DNA from: Candidatus Moranella endobia PCIT
Lineage (GTDB): Bacteria > Pseudomonadota > Gammaproteobacteria > Enterobacterales > Enterobacteriaceae
Length of the DNA stretch: 32,000 nucleotides
Reading direction: 5' to 3'
NCBI RefSeq assembly: GCF_000219175.1
Contig: NC_015735.1
Span: 120,001-152,000, forward strand
In this document: positions 20,481-31,800 of the stretch, in pieces
How the letters are laid out: each line of letters begins with the position of its first letter
Position numbering within the stretch: the stretch's first letter is position 1
Made by a program: the position numbers and the translations under genes
Notes under the pieces: model-generated
The model's database searches: none
Told to the model about the DNA's origin: nothing
The model's input: the letters and a program-made list of their open reading frames with translations, nothing else

Positions 20481-20506
20481 TGTTATGTTATAATTTATAA
20501 TTAACT
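20481..20506. promoter_or_regulatory. Candidate degenerate Zur box in the znuA/znuC divergent promoter region
   Basis: TGTTATGTTATAATTTATAATTAACT resembles the Zur consensus core GTTATANTATAAC; includes the dyad TTATAA-T-TTATAA (20488-20500). Confidence 0.35.
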
Positions 20507-20545
20507 ATACATGATACATGCTAAAATTTAACAACTGCAATCATC

Positions 20546-21316
20546 ATGAACGATTTAGTAAAACTTGAACATATTTACGTTGCTTTTGGTCAAAAAGAGG
20601 TGCTAAAAGATATCTCTTTCACCTTGTGCTATGGTCGCATTCTTACTTTACTAGGACCAAACGGAGCTGGTAAGTCAACACTAGTGCGGGTAGTGCTCGG
20701 ATTAATAGCTACTACTGCCGGTACACTAATACGGCAACCTAAATTACGAATTGGCTATGTGCCACAGAAAATTCATCTAGATCCAACATTACCGATTACA
20801 GTAGAACGCTTCATGCGTCTGCGACCGGGAGTAAAGAAAAACGATATAATGCCGGCGTTAATGCGGGTACAATCACAACATCTGCGTAAGGCACCCATAC
20901 AGAAACTTTCTGGTGGTGAAATGCAGCGGGTATTGCTGGCGTATGCCTTGCTAAATTCTCCGCAGCTTTTGGTTCTGGACGAGCCTACCCAAGGTATGGA
21001 TGTTAATGGACAAGTGGCATTGTACGATTTAATTGACAACATTCGCCATAAACTTGGTTGCGGTGTGTTGATGGTGTCGCATGATTTACCTTTAGTGATG
21101 GCTAAAACCGATGCCGTGCTTTGTATTAATCACTATATTTGCTGTTCCGGCACACCGGAAGTAGTATGTTCCCATCCGAATTTTATTGCCATGTTCAGGC
21201 AGCTTAGTTCGCAGCCGTTAGCGCTTTCCCACAATAATCATCACTACTACCACCATTTTTTACATGGCGCGGCAGTAACGAAAGCACCCGCGCCATGGGA
21301 AGTTAGCCATGATTGA
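20546..21316 (+). CDS. znuC: Zinc import ATP-binding protein
   Basis: Walker [13 protein letters not shown], signature [15 protein letters not shown], Walker [13 protein letters not shown], His-rich C-terminus; upstream of znuB with overlap. Confidence 0.96.
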   Translation: MNDLVKLEHIYVAFGQKEVLKDISFTLCYGRILTLLGPNGAGKSTLVRVVLGLIATTAGTLIRQPKLRIGYVPQKIHLDPTLPITVERFMRLRPGVKKNDIMPALMRVQSQHLRKAPIQKLSGGEMQRVLLAYALLNSPQLLVLDEPTQGMDVNGQVALYDLIDNIRHKLGCGVLMVSHDLPLVMAKTDAVLCINHYICCSGTPEVVCSHPNFIAMFRQLSSQPLALSHNNHHYYHHFLHGAAVTKAPAPWEVSHD

Positions 21317-22094
21317 ATTATTGCTGCCTGGATGGTTAGCTGGTGTGCTGTTATCACTGGCAGCTGGTCCGCTAGGAGCATTAGTCATCTGGCGAAAAAT
21401 GTCTTCTTTCGGTGATACTCTTGCCCACGCATCGCTGCTTAGCGTTGCTTGCAGCATGTTATTGAACATCAATCCGTTGTATACGGTGGTTTTGGTGATT
21501 CTGGTGCTGGCAGTTGGGCTCGTATGGCTAGAAAGTTTCCCCCACTTGGCTGTTGACACTTTGCTGGGAATCATTGCGCACAGTACACTATCCTTAGGCC
21601 TAGTATTGGTCAGCCGTATGCATGGGATACGGGTTGATCTAATGGCGTATCTATTTGGCGATCTGCTAGCGGTAACTCCAAAAGATATTGTTCTGGTGGG
21701 CACTGGTGTAGCGGTCGTGCTAACACTTCTCATTTGGCAATGGGACGCGCTGTTGTCCATAACCATAAGTCCAGAATTAGCCCATGTAGATGGAATATGC
21801 CTAAACCGTATCAAGCTAATCTTAATGCTGGTTACAGCGTTAATCATCGGATTGGCGATGAAATTTGTCGGTGCTTTAATTATTACTTCGTTGCTCATTA
21901 TTCCGGCAGCGGCAGCCAGTAGTTGTGCGCGTAGTCCAGAACAAATGGCAGGATACGCTACCTTAGCGGGCACACTAGCAGTCACTGGCGGGCTGGCATT
22001 GTCAGCGGTATACGATACACCAGCCGGACCGTCTGTAGTACTGTGCGCCTCGTTGTTATTTCTACTAAGCCTTACCCTAAAATATAGGTATTAA
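21309..22094 (+). CDS. znuB: Zinc ABC transporter permease
   Basis: [44 protein letters not shown]...; 8-nt overlap with znuC. Confidence 0.96.
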   Translation: MIELLLPGWLAGVLLSLAAGPLGALVIWRKMSSFGDTLAHASLLSVACSMLLNINPLYTVVLVILVLAVGLVWLESFPHLAVDTLLGIIAHSTLSLGLVLVSRMHGIRVDLMAYLFGDLLAVTPKDIVLVGTGVAVVLTLLIWQWDALLSITISPELAHVDGICLNRIKLILMLVTALIIGLAMKFVGALIITSLLIIPAAAASSCARSPEQMAGYATLAGTLAVTGGLALSAVYDTPAGPSVVLCASLLFLLSLTLKYRY

Positions 22095-22178
22095 CTGCTG
22101 TTGGCGGCGACAGGAAACTAACTAGCAGCGCTATCCACCGGTTAGGTGGTTAAGATTAGGTAGGTTAAGATGCTCTGC

Positions 22179-23183
22179 TTAGTCCTTGCCGCTGCGTACT
22201 TCTAGCCCAAAGTGACGATAAGCTCGGACGGTAGCAATACGACCGCGTGGTGTTCGTTGTATAAATCCTTGCTGAATTAAAAACGGCTCTAGCACATCTT
22301 CTATGGTATTACGTTCCTCACCAATTGCAACAGCCAGGCTATCCAAACCAACCGGTCCACCGACAAATTGATCAATGATTGCCAACAGCAGTTTACGATC
22401 CATGAAATCGCACCCTTCGGTATCAACATTCAACATGTTGAGTGCGTTCACTGCTACCTCATCGGTGATATGGCCACTTGCCCGCACGTCAGCAAAATCG
22501 CGAACACGGCGCAGTAACCTATTTGCTATCCTCGGCGTACCGCGTGCCCGGCGTGCAATTTCACTCGCGCCGCTTTCAGTAATATTCAACGCCAAACAGG
22601 TAGCACTGCGGCTAACAATATGCTGTAAATCCCTAGTTGCATAAAAATCTAACCGTTGCACAATCCCAAAACGGTCACGCAATGGTGGCGTCAACAAGCC
22701 GGCGCGAGTGGTAGCGCCCACTAGGGTAAAAGGTGGTAACTCTATTTTAATAGTGCGGGCTGACGCTCCCTCACCTATAATTATATCCAGCTGATAATCT
22801 TCCATGGCAGGATAAAGTACTTCCTCTACTACCGGTGACAATCGATGAATTTCATCGATAAATAAAATGTCATGTGGTTCTAGGTTGGTCAGCATCGCCA
22901 CTAGATCGCCTGCTTTTTCTAGCACTGGACCTGAAGTAATACGCAGATTTACACCCATTTCATTAGCAACAATGTTCGCAAGCGTGGTTTTACCCAGCCC
23001 CGGGGGCCCCGAGATTAGCAGATGATCGAGTGCGTTGCCACGCATTTTAGATGCCTGAATGAAAATATCCATCTGCATGCGCACTTGAGGCTGGCCTATA
23101 TAGTCTTCCAGTGTTTTTGGTCGTATAGTGCGGTCAATTACATCTTCTTCGGTTATATCTTCGACAATATTGGCTTCTATCAT
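22179..23183 (-). CDS. ruvB: Holliday junction branch migration helicase RuvB
   Basis: Start chosen at 23183 ([34 protein letters not shown]) preceded by GAGG-type RBS; [37 protein letters not shown]. Confidence 0.97.
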   Translation of the reverse strand: MIEANIVEDITEEDVIDRTIRPKTLEDYIGQPQVRMQMDIFIQASKMRGNALDHLLISGPPGLGKTTLANIVANEMGVNLRITSGPVLEKAGDLVAMLTNLEPHDILFIDEIHRLSPVVEEVLYPAMEDYQLDIIIGEGASARTIKIELPPFTLVGATTRAGLLTPPLRDRFGIVQRLDFYATRDLQHIVSRSATCLALNITESGASEIARRARGTPRIANRLLRRVRDFADVRASGHITDEVAVNALNMLNVDTEGCDFMDRKLLLAIIDQFVGGPVGLDSLAVAIGEERNTIEDVLEPFLIQQGFIQRTPRGRIATVRAYRHFGLEVRSGKD

Positions 23184-23191
23184 CCTACACC

Positions 23192-23812
23192 TCACAGCGC
23201 AACGCGTAGCGCAGCACGTATAAGCATTTCACAATCAGCGTCTGCGCTGGCCACTTTGTGTACCATCCTGCTTGCTTCCTGCGGTTTATATCCTAGTGTC
23301 ACCAGCGCGGCAACTGCTTCTTTCTCAGGATCATTCATCTTAAATTCTTTTTCGATGTTATTATTACACATCTCGCCAGAAACATGTGGTGCAAACAGAT
23401 CACTAGACAGGACTTTGAATCTGTCCTTCATTTCTACTACCAGCCGTTCCGCTGTTTTTTTTCCGACACCGGGCAATTTTATCAGCGCGTTGATTTCCTG
23501 TCGTTCCACAGCGCTAACAAATTGCTGCGCTGACATTCCGGACAAAATAGCTAGCGCCAACTTTGGTCCAACGCCGTTTACTTTAATCAGTTCGCGAAAC
23601 AGCAACCGTTCCTGCCTATGAATAAAACCAAATAGTAGTTGGGCGTCCTCACGTATTACAAAATGGGTGAAAATGATTATTTCTTGTCCAATTGCAGGTA
23701 ACGCATAAAAGCAGGTCATTGGCAATTGCATTTCATAACCTACTCCATTCGTTTCTAACAGTACCTGTGGTGGTTGTTTTTCTAGAATAATACCCCTTAG
23801 ACGTCCAATCAC
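23192..23812 (-). CDS. ruvA: Holliday junction branch migration protein RuvA
   Basis: [39 protein letters not shown]...[26 protein letters not shown]...[24 protein letters not shown] start at 23812, preceded by GGAAGG, fits the family better than the track start at 23830. Confidence 0.95.
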   Translation of the reverse strand: MIGRLRGIILEKQPPQVLLETNGVGYEMQLPMTCFYALPAIGQEIIIFTHFVIREDAQLLFGFIHRQERLLFRELIKVNGVGPKLALAILSGMSAQQFVSAVERQEINALIKLPGVGKKTAERLVVEMKDRFKVLSSDLFAPHVSGEMCNNNIEKEFKMNDPEKEAVAALVTLGYKPQEASRMVHKVASADADCEMLIRAALRVAL

Positions 23813-23900
23813 TTCTACCTTCCTTTCCACTGCAGGTGATTTATCTCTAATCTATCCTTCAGGTGGTAATACGCCGCTGTCTGCAGCTTAACTTAAGCTA

Positions 23901-24395
23901 TTATCGCTGGTCCATGCGTAGGTAATTCTGGTTTACTTGGCAATGGGTAATGGCAATTGCTAGCGCATCAGCCGCGTCAGCCTGCGGATTGGCTGGTAGC
24001 TTCAATAGAGTACGTACCATGTATTGTATCTGGCTTTTCTCTGCTGACCCAGTTCCAACTACCATTTTTTTGACCTGACGTGCCGCATATTCAAAAACTG
24101 TCAAATTTAAGTTAATAGCTGCTACAATGGCTACACCACGCGCCTGGCCAAGTTTGAGCGCTGCATCGGCATTTTTTGCCATAAAAACCTGCTCAATGGC
24201 TAGATAATCGGGCTTAAACTTAGTAATTAGTTCACTAACGCCAGCATAGATCAATTTCAAACGACCGGGAAGGTTGTCCACTTTGTTGCAGAAACAGCCG
24301 CTGCCTAGGTAGCTTAGTTTTCTTCCCTCCTGACGAAGTATACCATAGCCGGTAATGCGTGAGCCGGGGTCGATACCCAATATGACGACGGTCAT
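23901..24395 (-). CDS. ruvC: Crossover junction endodeoxyribonuclease RuvC
   Basis: [33 protein letters not shown]...[26 protein letters not shown]...[27 protein letters not shown]. Confidence 0.97.
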   Translation of the reverse strand: MTVVILGIDPGSRITGYGILRQEGRKLSYLGSGCFCNKVDNLPGRLKLIYAGVSELITKFKPDYLAIEQVFMAKNADAALKLGQARGVAIVAAINLNLTVFEYAARQVKKMVVGTGSAEKSQIQYMVRTLLKLPANPQADAADALAIAITHCQVNQNYLRMDQR

Positions 24396-24452
24396 GCCGC
24401 TACTAGCGACTAGCGCAATAGATCACTAGTACCCTCACACCCTTATCCATCA

Positions 24453-25196
24453 TCAAATGGTAGCAGCTAATTTAGCGGATATTTCACCGTTGTGGTATAC
24501 GTCCTGGACATCATCGGAATCTTCTAACATATCGATAAGGCGCAGTAATTTTGGTGCGCTTTCCGCATCTAGGTTAACACGGGTAGATGGGATAAGAGCC
24601 ACTTCCGCAGATTCCGGTGTCAGACCGGCAGCTTCTAGCGTTTCTTTAACTTTACCGACCGATTCCGGCTGAGTGTATACATCAATCGCGCCGTCATCAT
24701 AAGTGATCACATCATCAGCACCGGACTCAAGTGCCGAGTCTATCACAGCATCTTCGCTCAGACCAGGCGCAAACGACAGCACACCTCGTTTTGTGAAAAG
24801 ATACGAGACAGAACCGTCAGTGCTAAGATTGCCACCGTGTTTAGTAAAAGCGTTACGCACTTCTGACACAGTTCTGTTTCGGTTATCACTCAGGCACTCA
24901 ACCATGACAGCGGTACCACCTGGGCCATAACCTTCATAATTAATGGTTTCCATATGCGTTTCATCATCAGAACCAACACCACGTGCAATGGCGCGATTCA
25001 GCGTTTCCCGCGTCATATTATTCGCTAATGCTTTATCTACCGCCGTGCGTAAACGAGAATTTGAGCCGAGATCCCCGCCGCCTAGCTTGGCGGCGGTCAC
25101 TAATGATCGGATAATTTTGGTGAAAATTTTCCCTCGTTTGGCGTCCTGGGCGGCTTTGCGATGCTTGGTATTGGCCCATTTACTATGACCTGCCAT
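24453..25196 (-). CDS. yebC: Probable transcriptional regulatory protein YebC
   Basis: [40 protein letters not shown]...[25 protein letters not shown]...[36 protein letters not shown]. Confidence 0.97.
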   Translation of the reverse strand: MAGHSKWANTKHRKAAQDAKRGKIFTKIIRSLVTAAKLGGGDLGSNSRLRTAVDKALANNMTRETLNRAIARGVGSDDETHMETINYEGYGPGGTAVMVECLSDNRNRTVSEVRNAFTKHGGNLSTDGSVSYLFTKRGVLSFAPGLSEDAVIDSALESGADDVITYDDGAIDVYTQPESVGKVKETLEAAGLTPESAEVALIPSTRVNLDAESAPKLLRLIDMLEDSDDVQDVYHNGEISAKLAATI

Positions 25197-25396
25197 ATTT
25201 TCTCCGCAGCAGCATTATCAAGCCCAATGAATAAATATTCCTAAATTACCTACTACTGGTTATTATAATATTTTATGGCTTTAGCACCAACTGAGATGCT
25301 TGCAAACGATTGTAGACTACTAGGTATAACCTATCTTTGATAGTTTTGGCAATTTTGCAGTCCTCAAAAGTGCGTTCCTTGTTTCTGATTTTCCTG

Positions 25397-27157
25397 CTAG
25401 TGACCAACGACAGCAATAGAAAGATCGGCTAGTGCCTCAGACTGACCAAGGCTAGGGGCGGTGGTCATTAGATCCAACGCTGTAGTTGTTTTCGGAAAAG
25501 CGATAACATCGCGAATATTATCAGTACCGGTCAGTAGCATGACCAAACGATCCAGGCCGAAGGCCAGGCCTGCATGTGGGGGTGTGCCATAGTTCAAAGC
25601 ATCTAGCAAAAAACCGAATTTATCTTGCTGTTCATTTTCATTAATGCCCAAAATGTCGAAAACGGTCCGCTGCATGTCACAGCGGTGTATACGTACTGAG
25701 CCGCCGCCAACCTCAGAACCGTTAATCACTATGTCGTAAGCATTTGCCAACGCTGCAGCTGGGCAGGCAGCAAGTGTCTTGGCATCGATATCCTTTGGAG
25801 CCGTGAATGGATGATGCATAGTAGCCAGCCGGCCATTATCTTCTTCCTCAAACATTGGAAAGTCTACCACCCACAGTGGCTTCCATTGGTATTGTTTCGT
25901 GATCAGCAAATCCAAGCCTAGCTTGATACGCAGCGCACCAAGCGCATGGGTCACGATGCTGGCGCGATCAGCACAGAAGAAAATGATGTCACCATCGGCG
26001 GCATTGGTACGTAACATAATCTGTTCAATTACCTGTGGCTCCAAAAATTTGGTCACTGGGCTTTGCAAGCCTACTGCGCCGCCGAAACGCTGGTACACCT
26101 TAATCCACATCAAATTTTTAGCACCATATACTTCAATATATTTACTGTATTCTGCAATCTTTGTACGGCTTAGCTGAGCACCACCGGGCACGCACAATGC
26201 TGCTACGCGGCAGTTGCTGTCTGTGGCAAAAGCAGAGAACAATTTGAACTCAACATTCTTAACTAAGTCAGCCACGTCTACCAATTCCATTGGATTACGC
26301 AGATCAGGTTTGTCAGAACCAAAACGGCGCATGGCGTCTGCATAAGTAATCTGCGGGAAAACGCCCAGGTCGATGCCTTTAATATCGCGCCACAAATCAC
26401 GCACTAGCCGCTCCATTATTTCACGCACCTGTACTGCAGTCATAAATGAAGTTTCCATATCAATCTGGGTAAATTCAGGCTGACGATCAGTGCGTAGGTC
26501 TTCATCGCGGAAACATTTGACAATCTGGTAGTAGCGGTCTAAACCAGACATCATCAACAATTGTTTGAACAGTTGCGGTGACTGTGACAAGGCATAAAAT
26601 TTACCTTTATGCACACGACTAGGCACAAGATAATCGCGAGCGCCTTCCAGCGTTGACTTGGTTAACACCGGTGTTTCAATATCTATAAATCCTTCTGCAT
26701 CCATGAAACTGCGCACGAAATTTGAGATACGCGCCCGCATTTTTAGACGCTTTACCATAATTGGTCGTCGTAAGTCAAGGTAGCGGAATTTAAGACGATT
26801 TTCTTCAGTATTATTTTGGTTTGTATCTAGTGGTAGAGGTGCAGAACGGTTTATAATGGTAAGTTTTGTTGCCAAAATTTCTACAGTCCCAGTAACAAGA
26901 TCTCTATTTACCTGTTTGGCCTGGCGCGCACGTACCATACCTGTTAGTTGCAGACAGAATTCATTGCGAAGCTCGGCAGCACAAGTGAATATATCCTGAT
27001 CATCAGGATCAAAAAATACTTGTACCAGACCTTCACGATCACGTAAATCGATGAAAATCATACCTCCTAGATCACGACGTCGGTTGACCCAACCGCATAA
27101 TGTTACTTGCTGACCAACATATGATAGGTTAAGCTGTCCGCAATATATAGTGCGCAT
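25397..27157 (-). CDS. aspS: Aspartyl-tRNA synthetase
   Basis: 586 aa; [49 protein letters not shown]-type N-terminus, [67 protein letters not shown]. Confidence 0.98.
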   Translation of the reverse strand: MRTIYCGQLNLSYVGQQVTLCGWVNRRRDLGGMIFIDLRDREGLVQVFFDPDDQDIFTCAAELRNEFCLQLTGMVRARQAKQVNRDLVTGTVEILATKLTIINRSAPLPLDTNQNNTEENRLKFRYLDLRRPIMVKRLKMRARISNFVRSFMDAEGFIDIETPVLTKSTLEGARDYLVPSRVHKGKFYALSQSPQLFKQLLMMSGLDRYYQIVKCFRDEDLRTDRQPEFTQIDMETSFMTAVQVREIMERLVRDLWRDIKGIDLGVFPQITYADAMRRFGSDKPDLRNPMELVDVADLVKNVEFKLFSAFATDSNCRVAALCVPGGAQLSRTKIAEYSKYIEVYGAKNLMWIKVYQRFGGAVGLQSPVTKFLEPQVIEQIMLRTNAADGDIIFFCADRASIVTHALGALRIKLGLDLLITKQYQWKPLWVVDFPMFEEEDNGRLATMHHPFTAPKDIDAKTLAACPAAALANAYDIVINGSEVGGGSVRIHRCDMQRTVFDILGINENEQQDKFGFLLDALNYGTPPHAGLAFGLDRLVMLLTGTDNIRDVIAFPKTTTALDLMTTAPSLGQSEALADLSIAVVGH

Positions 27158-27358
27158 GAAGATATCCTTGAAATTAATTCCTTCTTCAGTGAGTGCTTAT
27201 TAGCTAGCTTAGCTGTTAATTAGCTGCGAACTAACAACTAATTGTGGCTATAGACATCAAGGAAAACGAAAACCATGCCGATAATAGATAATATCGGCAT
27301 GGTTTTCTGCGTGACTTTGACGGACTGAATTGAATTATTCACACCTATGGCTATCTAT

Positions 27359-27838
27359 CTATTGCGCTGGCGCTATTTTTTCAGAATCAATAGTACGGCT
27401 GCGATTACGCAACCCCGGCTGCTGCTCGTTGGAACCAATGGCAATACGCCTGGGTTGCAGCGATTCAGGAATATGCCGCTCTAGATCGATGTTAAGCAAA
27501 CCATTAGTTAAATCAGCCTGGGCAACATTCATATGCTCCGCTAAAGTAAAGCTCAAGGAAAACTCTTGGCATACTAGTCCCTGATGCAAATAACGTCGTT
27601 CTTTATCCGCTAGAGCTGGTTTGCCTTTAATTGTAAGTCGCGGGCCTTCAATTTCAATCGATAATTCATGCTGACTAAAACCAGCTAGTGCTAGAGTAAT
27701 GCGATAATGGTTATCATCGCTTTTTTCAATATTATACTGGGGGTAACTAACACCCTGAAAGTCGCCTTGCATATTGCTGGCTAATTCATCAAAACCGATC
27801 CATTGTCGCAACAATGGAGAAAGATCAAAATTACGCAT
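27359..27838 (-). CDS. ibpB: Small heat shock protein IbpB (Hsp20)
   Basis: [21 protein letters not shown]...[34 protein letters not shown]...ITIDL-type alpha-crystallin fold; nearest to IbpB ([20 protein letters not shown]). Confidence 0.92.
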   Translation of the reverse strand: MRNFDLSPLLRQWIGFDELASNMQGDFQGVSYPQYNIEKSDDNHYRITLALAGFSQHELSIEIEGPRLTIKGKPALADKERRYLHQGLVCQEFSLSFTLAEHMNVAQADLTNGLLNIDLERHIPESLQPRRIAIGSNEQQPGLRNRSRTIDSEKIAPAQ

Positions 27839-27974
27839 ATTATTTGCTCCTTCGGTTAACCTCGATCCTATATTACCTAGAACCTATATAATTAACTAAA
27901 CCCACCAAGCGATTTAAAACAGCCCGTACATAGCATGTCAAATTTATTAGATGGAAGCTTACAGGAGTCAGAAG

Positions 27975-28391
27975 TTATTTTATTTCAATGCGGCGTGGTT
28001 TTAACGTTTCAGGAACTACACGTTCTAAATCAATAAATAGCAAACCATTTACCACATGAGCACCTTTGATTTGTATATGTTCGGCCAATTGAAATTTACG
28101 CTCGAAATTGCGCTCAGTGATACCTTGGTATAAGTAATTTCGTGCACCTTGCTCGTTATTAGCATGAGCACCTTTTATTGTCAATAAATTATCATTGGCA
28201 GTAATTTCCAGCTCACCGTCAGCAAAACCTGCTACTGCAACGGCAATCCGGTACTGGTCTTCGCTAACCAATTCAACATTATAAGGTGGGTAACCGCCAT
28301 TACCCTGGCCCTGGCCAGTTTCAAGCAGATTAACCAATCGATCAAAACCTATGGCAGAACGGTATAGCGGTGAAAAATCAAAATTACGCAT
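27975..28391 (-). CDS. ibpA: Small heat shock protein IbpA (Hsp20)
   Basis: [24 protein letters not shown]...[46 protein letters not shown]...[21 protein letters not shown]...PRRIEIK. Confidence 0.95.
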   Translation of the reverse strand: MRNFDFSPLYRSAIGFDRLVNLLETGQGQGNGGYPPYNVELVSEDQYRIAVAVAGFADGELEITANDNLLTIKGAHANNEQGARNYLYQGITERNFERKFQLAEHIQIKGAHVVNGLLFIDLERVVPETLKPRRIEIK

Positions 28392-28523
28392 ATGTGAAAG
28401 CCTCCAAAACTTAGCGATGGCGTAACAACCTACCTAACCATCGGACAAGTCAACAACCTGATCAACCTTACGGCAAATCTATCTTGAGCCCAGTAATAAG
28501 AATGGTACCGCAAACTAGTTTTT

Positions 28524-28550
28524 CAATAGGTAACTAATAAAAATATCAAG
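28524..28550 (-). promoter_or_regulatory. Candidate sigma-32-like promoter for ibpAB
   Basis: Minus strand CTTGATA - 13 nt - CCTATTG, partial match to CTTGAAA / CCCCATNT; about 130 nt upstream of the ibpA start. Confidence 0.3.
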
Positions 28551-28858
28551 CCGTTAGATCACTTGTGTAAGACAGGGTAGTACAAAGTGACTGAACTGCA
28601 AAATTAGTTTTTTTGCACCAAACTATAAAGCGAAAGCTTGGTATATCCATAGTTAACACCTGGACCACAAACATGCAAAGTAGCATTACTGAACAATGAC
28701 AATAATACGCTTTGTTATGTTGCTGTTAATTACAGCACTGGTTGTCCATAAAATTGTCTTTGCAGTCGAACTAACGTTAATTTTAGTAGGTATCTGGTCT
28801 CAAACCATCGTGCAAGAGTGAAATATTGTTAGGAACTTTTAGCAGTCACTGGCTACGT

Positions 28859-31800
28859 TTAGCCAATAAATAAATTATTAAGTTCCTCGACTAAAACAAT
28901 GTCCGGCCGGCAATAGAACAGCCCGTTTTCCGGTTGTGCTAAGTCTATACCGCGCATAAATAGGTAATATATCCCGCCAAAATCACGCTGGTAATTATAA
29001 TCCAATAAGCGTTGGCCCAAAAACCGATGCAAAGCAAGCGCATAAAGTTGATACTGCAGTACATAGCGATGGGTAATCATTGCCTGTTCAATTGCTGGTC
29101 TAGTGTAAGCATCGATATCCTCACCTAACCAATTTGATTTATATTCAAGCAGGTAATAACGACCTTGCCAGCGAAACACAAGATCTATATACCCTTTGAG
29201 CATACCCCTGAACTGCAGAAAATCTAGCGGTGGACAGCGGGCAGAAAGAGGATCATAACGCTTGCAGATCCGGTCCAACTTGTGCGCCTGCACGACAGCA
29301 TCTATTGGAAGATAAAACGATAATTCAGCATAGCGGCTAGCCGGTGTGAGTTGATTGAGCGAAAGTGAATAACCATCTAACGGTATAGTGATAATGCTTT
29401 TTATCCAGTGCATGATCACTGGCAGCCAAATTGCTTTGATGCCTTTCTGCGTCAGAACATCACTCAGATACTGTTGGTCCAAAGGCCGGTTAAAATCTAT
29501 ATTTTTAAATAATCCGTGTAAAAATGTCCCAGAAACAGCGCCACGAGGAAAAGTATGTGGTGTCAACTGTAACAGTTCTTCCTTTCGCTCTTCTTGCTTC
29601 TCACCCAAGGCATCCACATCTAACCTCGGCTGCGACTCAATTATTGACGAACTGCCATATAGCTGCATACCTGAGGTTACCTTCCAGGACCAGATATCTT
29701 TTGGCGGCGCAGGCCAGCTGCGGGCTTGCAGTAGGGGCGTTGGCGTTGGCGTGAGTTTTAGTTTAGTAACAGCTGGCCAAGTCAACGAGTCACACAAAAA
29801 AATATCGCCGCTAGCGCGCGCCACTAAATCCGCCAGTCGTTCGTGAAGATGCTCCACATTGCCATCCTGACCCTGTTGAACTAGGTAGCCAAGCGCGCTC
29901 AAATGCAGATCGCTGATACCAGATTTTTTGCGACTACCGCGATACAGTGGCGCTATGCCGATACTACAATGGTAAATAGAGCGCGTTAGCGCTACATAAA
30001 GAAGACGCACATCTTCTGCTAATCGCTCCTCTTCAGCTAAAAGTAAACTATCTTTAGCAGCGCTAAGATCCAACCAGGCCCCGTACTTATCTCGATCGTG
30101 AAACATCGGTCGTTTTTGAACGCGGAAATCAGCTGCGAATGGCAAGAACACAAGCGGGAACTCCAAACCTTTAGATTTATGCACTGTCATGATTTGTACC
30201 AGATGACGATCGTTTTCCAGCCGCAATTGCTGATTAGTTTCCTGTGAATTAGGGGATGCAACCTGTAGCGCTAACCAACGGACTAGCGCGAATTCATTAT
30301 CTACTATTTGCGTAGATGCTTCCTGTAATAGTTCACCTAGATGGAGTAAGTTAGTTAGGCGGCGTTCGCCCCCCTGGCTGGCTAATAAGCTTTCAGCGAT
30401 GCAAAATTTTACCATTATTTTACGCAGCATCGGCAATATGCCATGTTTTTGCCAGTGCTGACGATAACCAGCAAAATCTTCAACCATTTTATTCCACAGA
30501 CGCTCATCGTTATTCAATGTATCAATAGCGGTAGCATTTAACCCGAGCAGGCAGGTAGCCAGTGCCCGGCGCAGCTCATTCTTTTTCTCTGTCGTCAACA
30601 CTGCCTGCAAGATCCATTGCAGTTCGCGCGCCTCGGGTGTATTGAAGACACTGTCACGGTTGGAGAGTTGCACTGCTGGAATCAGCAGTTCCGCTAGTGC
30701 AGCATACACCAGTGCCGCCTCGCTGCGGTTGCGTACTAGCACAGTAATATCCGATGCTTGTATTAGCTGCTGCTTACCCAGTCGCCCTTCAAGCCAGGCT
30801 TTGCCTTCACAGGCAGCGCATAGCAAATCTTGAATAGTAGCGGCACACTGGCGCGCCATGTATTGTTTATATTCACTTATGCCAACGCCGGCGCCCGGCT
30901 GTAGCCAAATACGCAGCGCTGGCTGTGGCTGATGCTGCACTACCAAACGCAATGTTTGATTGACAGTAGCAGGCATCACTGGTAAAAATGGAATATCGCT
31001 GAAGATAAACGGCGACGGCAAGCTTTGGAACAAATGATTAACTGCATTTATCATCCCAGGCGACGAACGCCAGTTAGTATCAAGGGTATAGTGAGCATCA
31101 ACTTCATTCCTAGCGCACATATAAGTAAAAATATCAGCTCCGCGAAACGCATAGATAGCCTGTTTCGGGTCACCCATCAACAACATTCCACAGTTAGATT
31201 GACCAACGTAAATTTGACGAAAAATTCGGTACTGCTGTGGGTCAGTATCCTGAAACTCGTCGATTATCGCTACCGGATAGCGCTTGCGTACTGATTCAGC
31301 TAGAGCGGCACCGCTACTACCACCAGCCAACGCCTGATCCAGGCGGCTCAGTAAATCGTCGAATCCTATTTCATTCCGACGTTGTTTTTCTTGTTTTAAT
31401 GCCTGGCGGATTTCAATTAACGCCATGAAAAAAATTAGCTCACGAAGCGAGAGCCTGGACTGATAAAAAGCCTCCACAGCAGCAAATAACTCATGCCGAG
31501 GGGGTTCTCCGTCGGTGGTTTGTTCCTCCAGCACTGAGCTTTTAAACCGCGCCAATTCATTCGGTACCTGATCATCCACGGTCGGCTCACTCACCCAGTA
31601 ATCAATTTTTGCCAGCCAGGTCCGTAGATTATTGCTGCTGTATATCCGACGGTCTAGTTTATGGCTCTCTAGTAGCGTCATAAGCTCTAACGCAGACGTA
31701 CGCCATTGCTGTTTTAGGTCTGCAATAACAGCAATAATCCGAGCATGCCTAGCTAGGATAGACTCAGTTATATCTGGCGGATTACATACCATGGGCAATT

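Noticed and set aside
21260-21985. Minus-strand 241-aa ORF antisense to znuB
   Set aside because: Long but Ser/Thr/Ile-rich antisense frame of a clear znuB; no RBS context or domain.
23022-23621. Plus-strand ORF of 199 aa
   Set aside because: Antisense to ruvA and the start of ruvB, both strongly supported; no plausible homology in the translated sequence.
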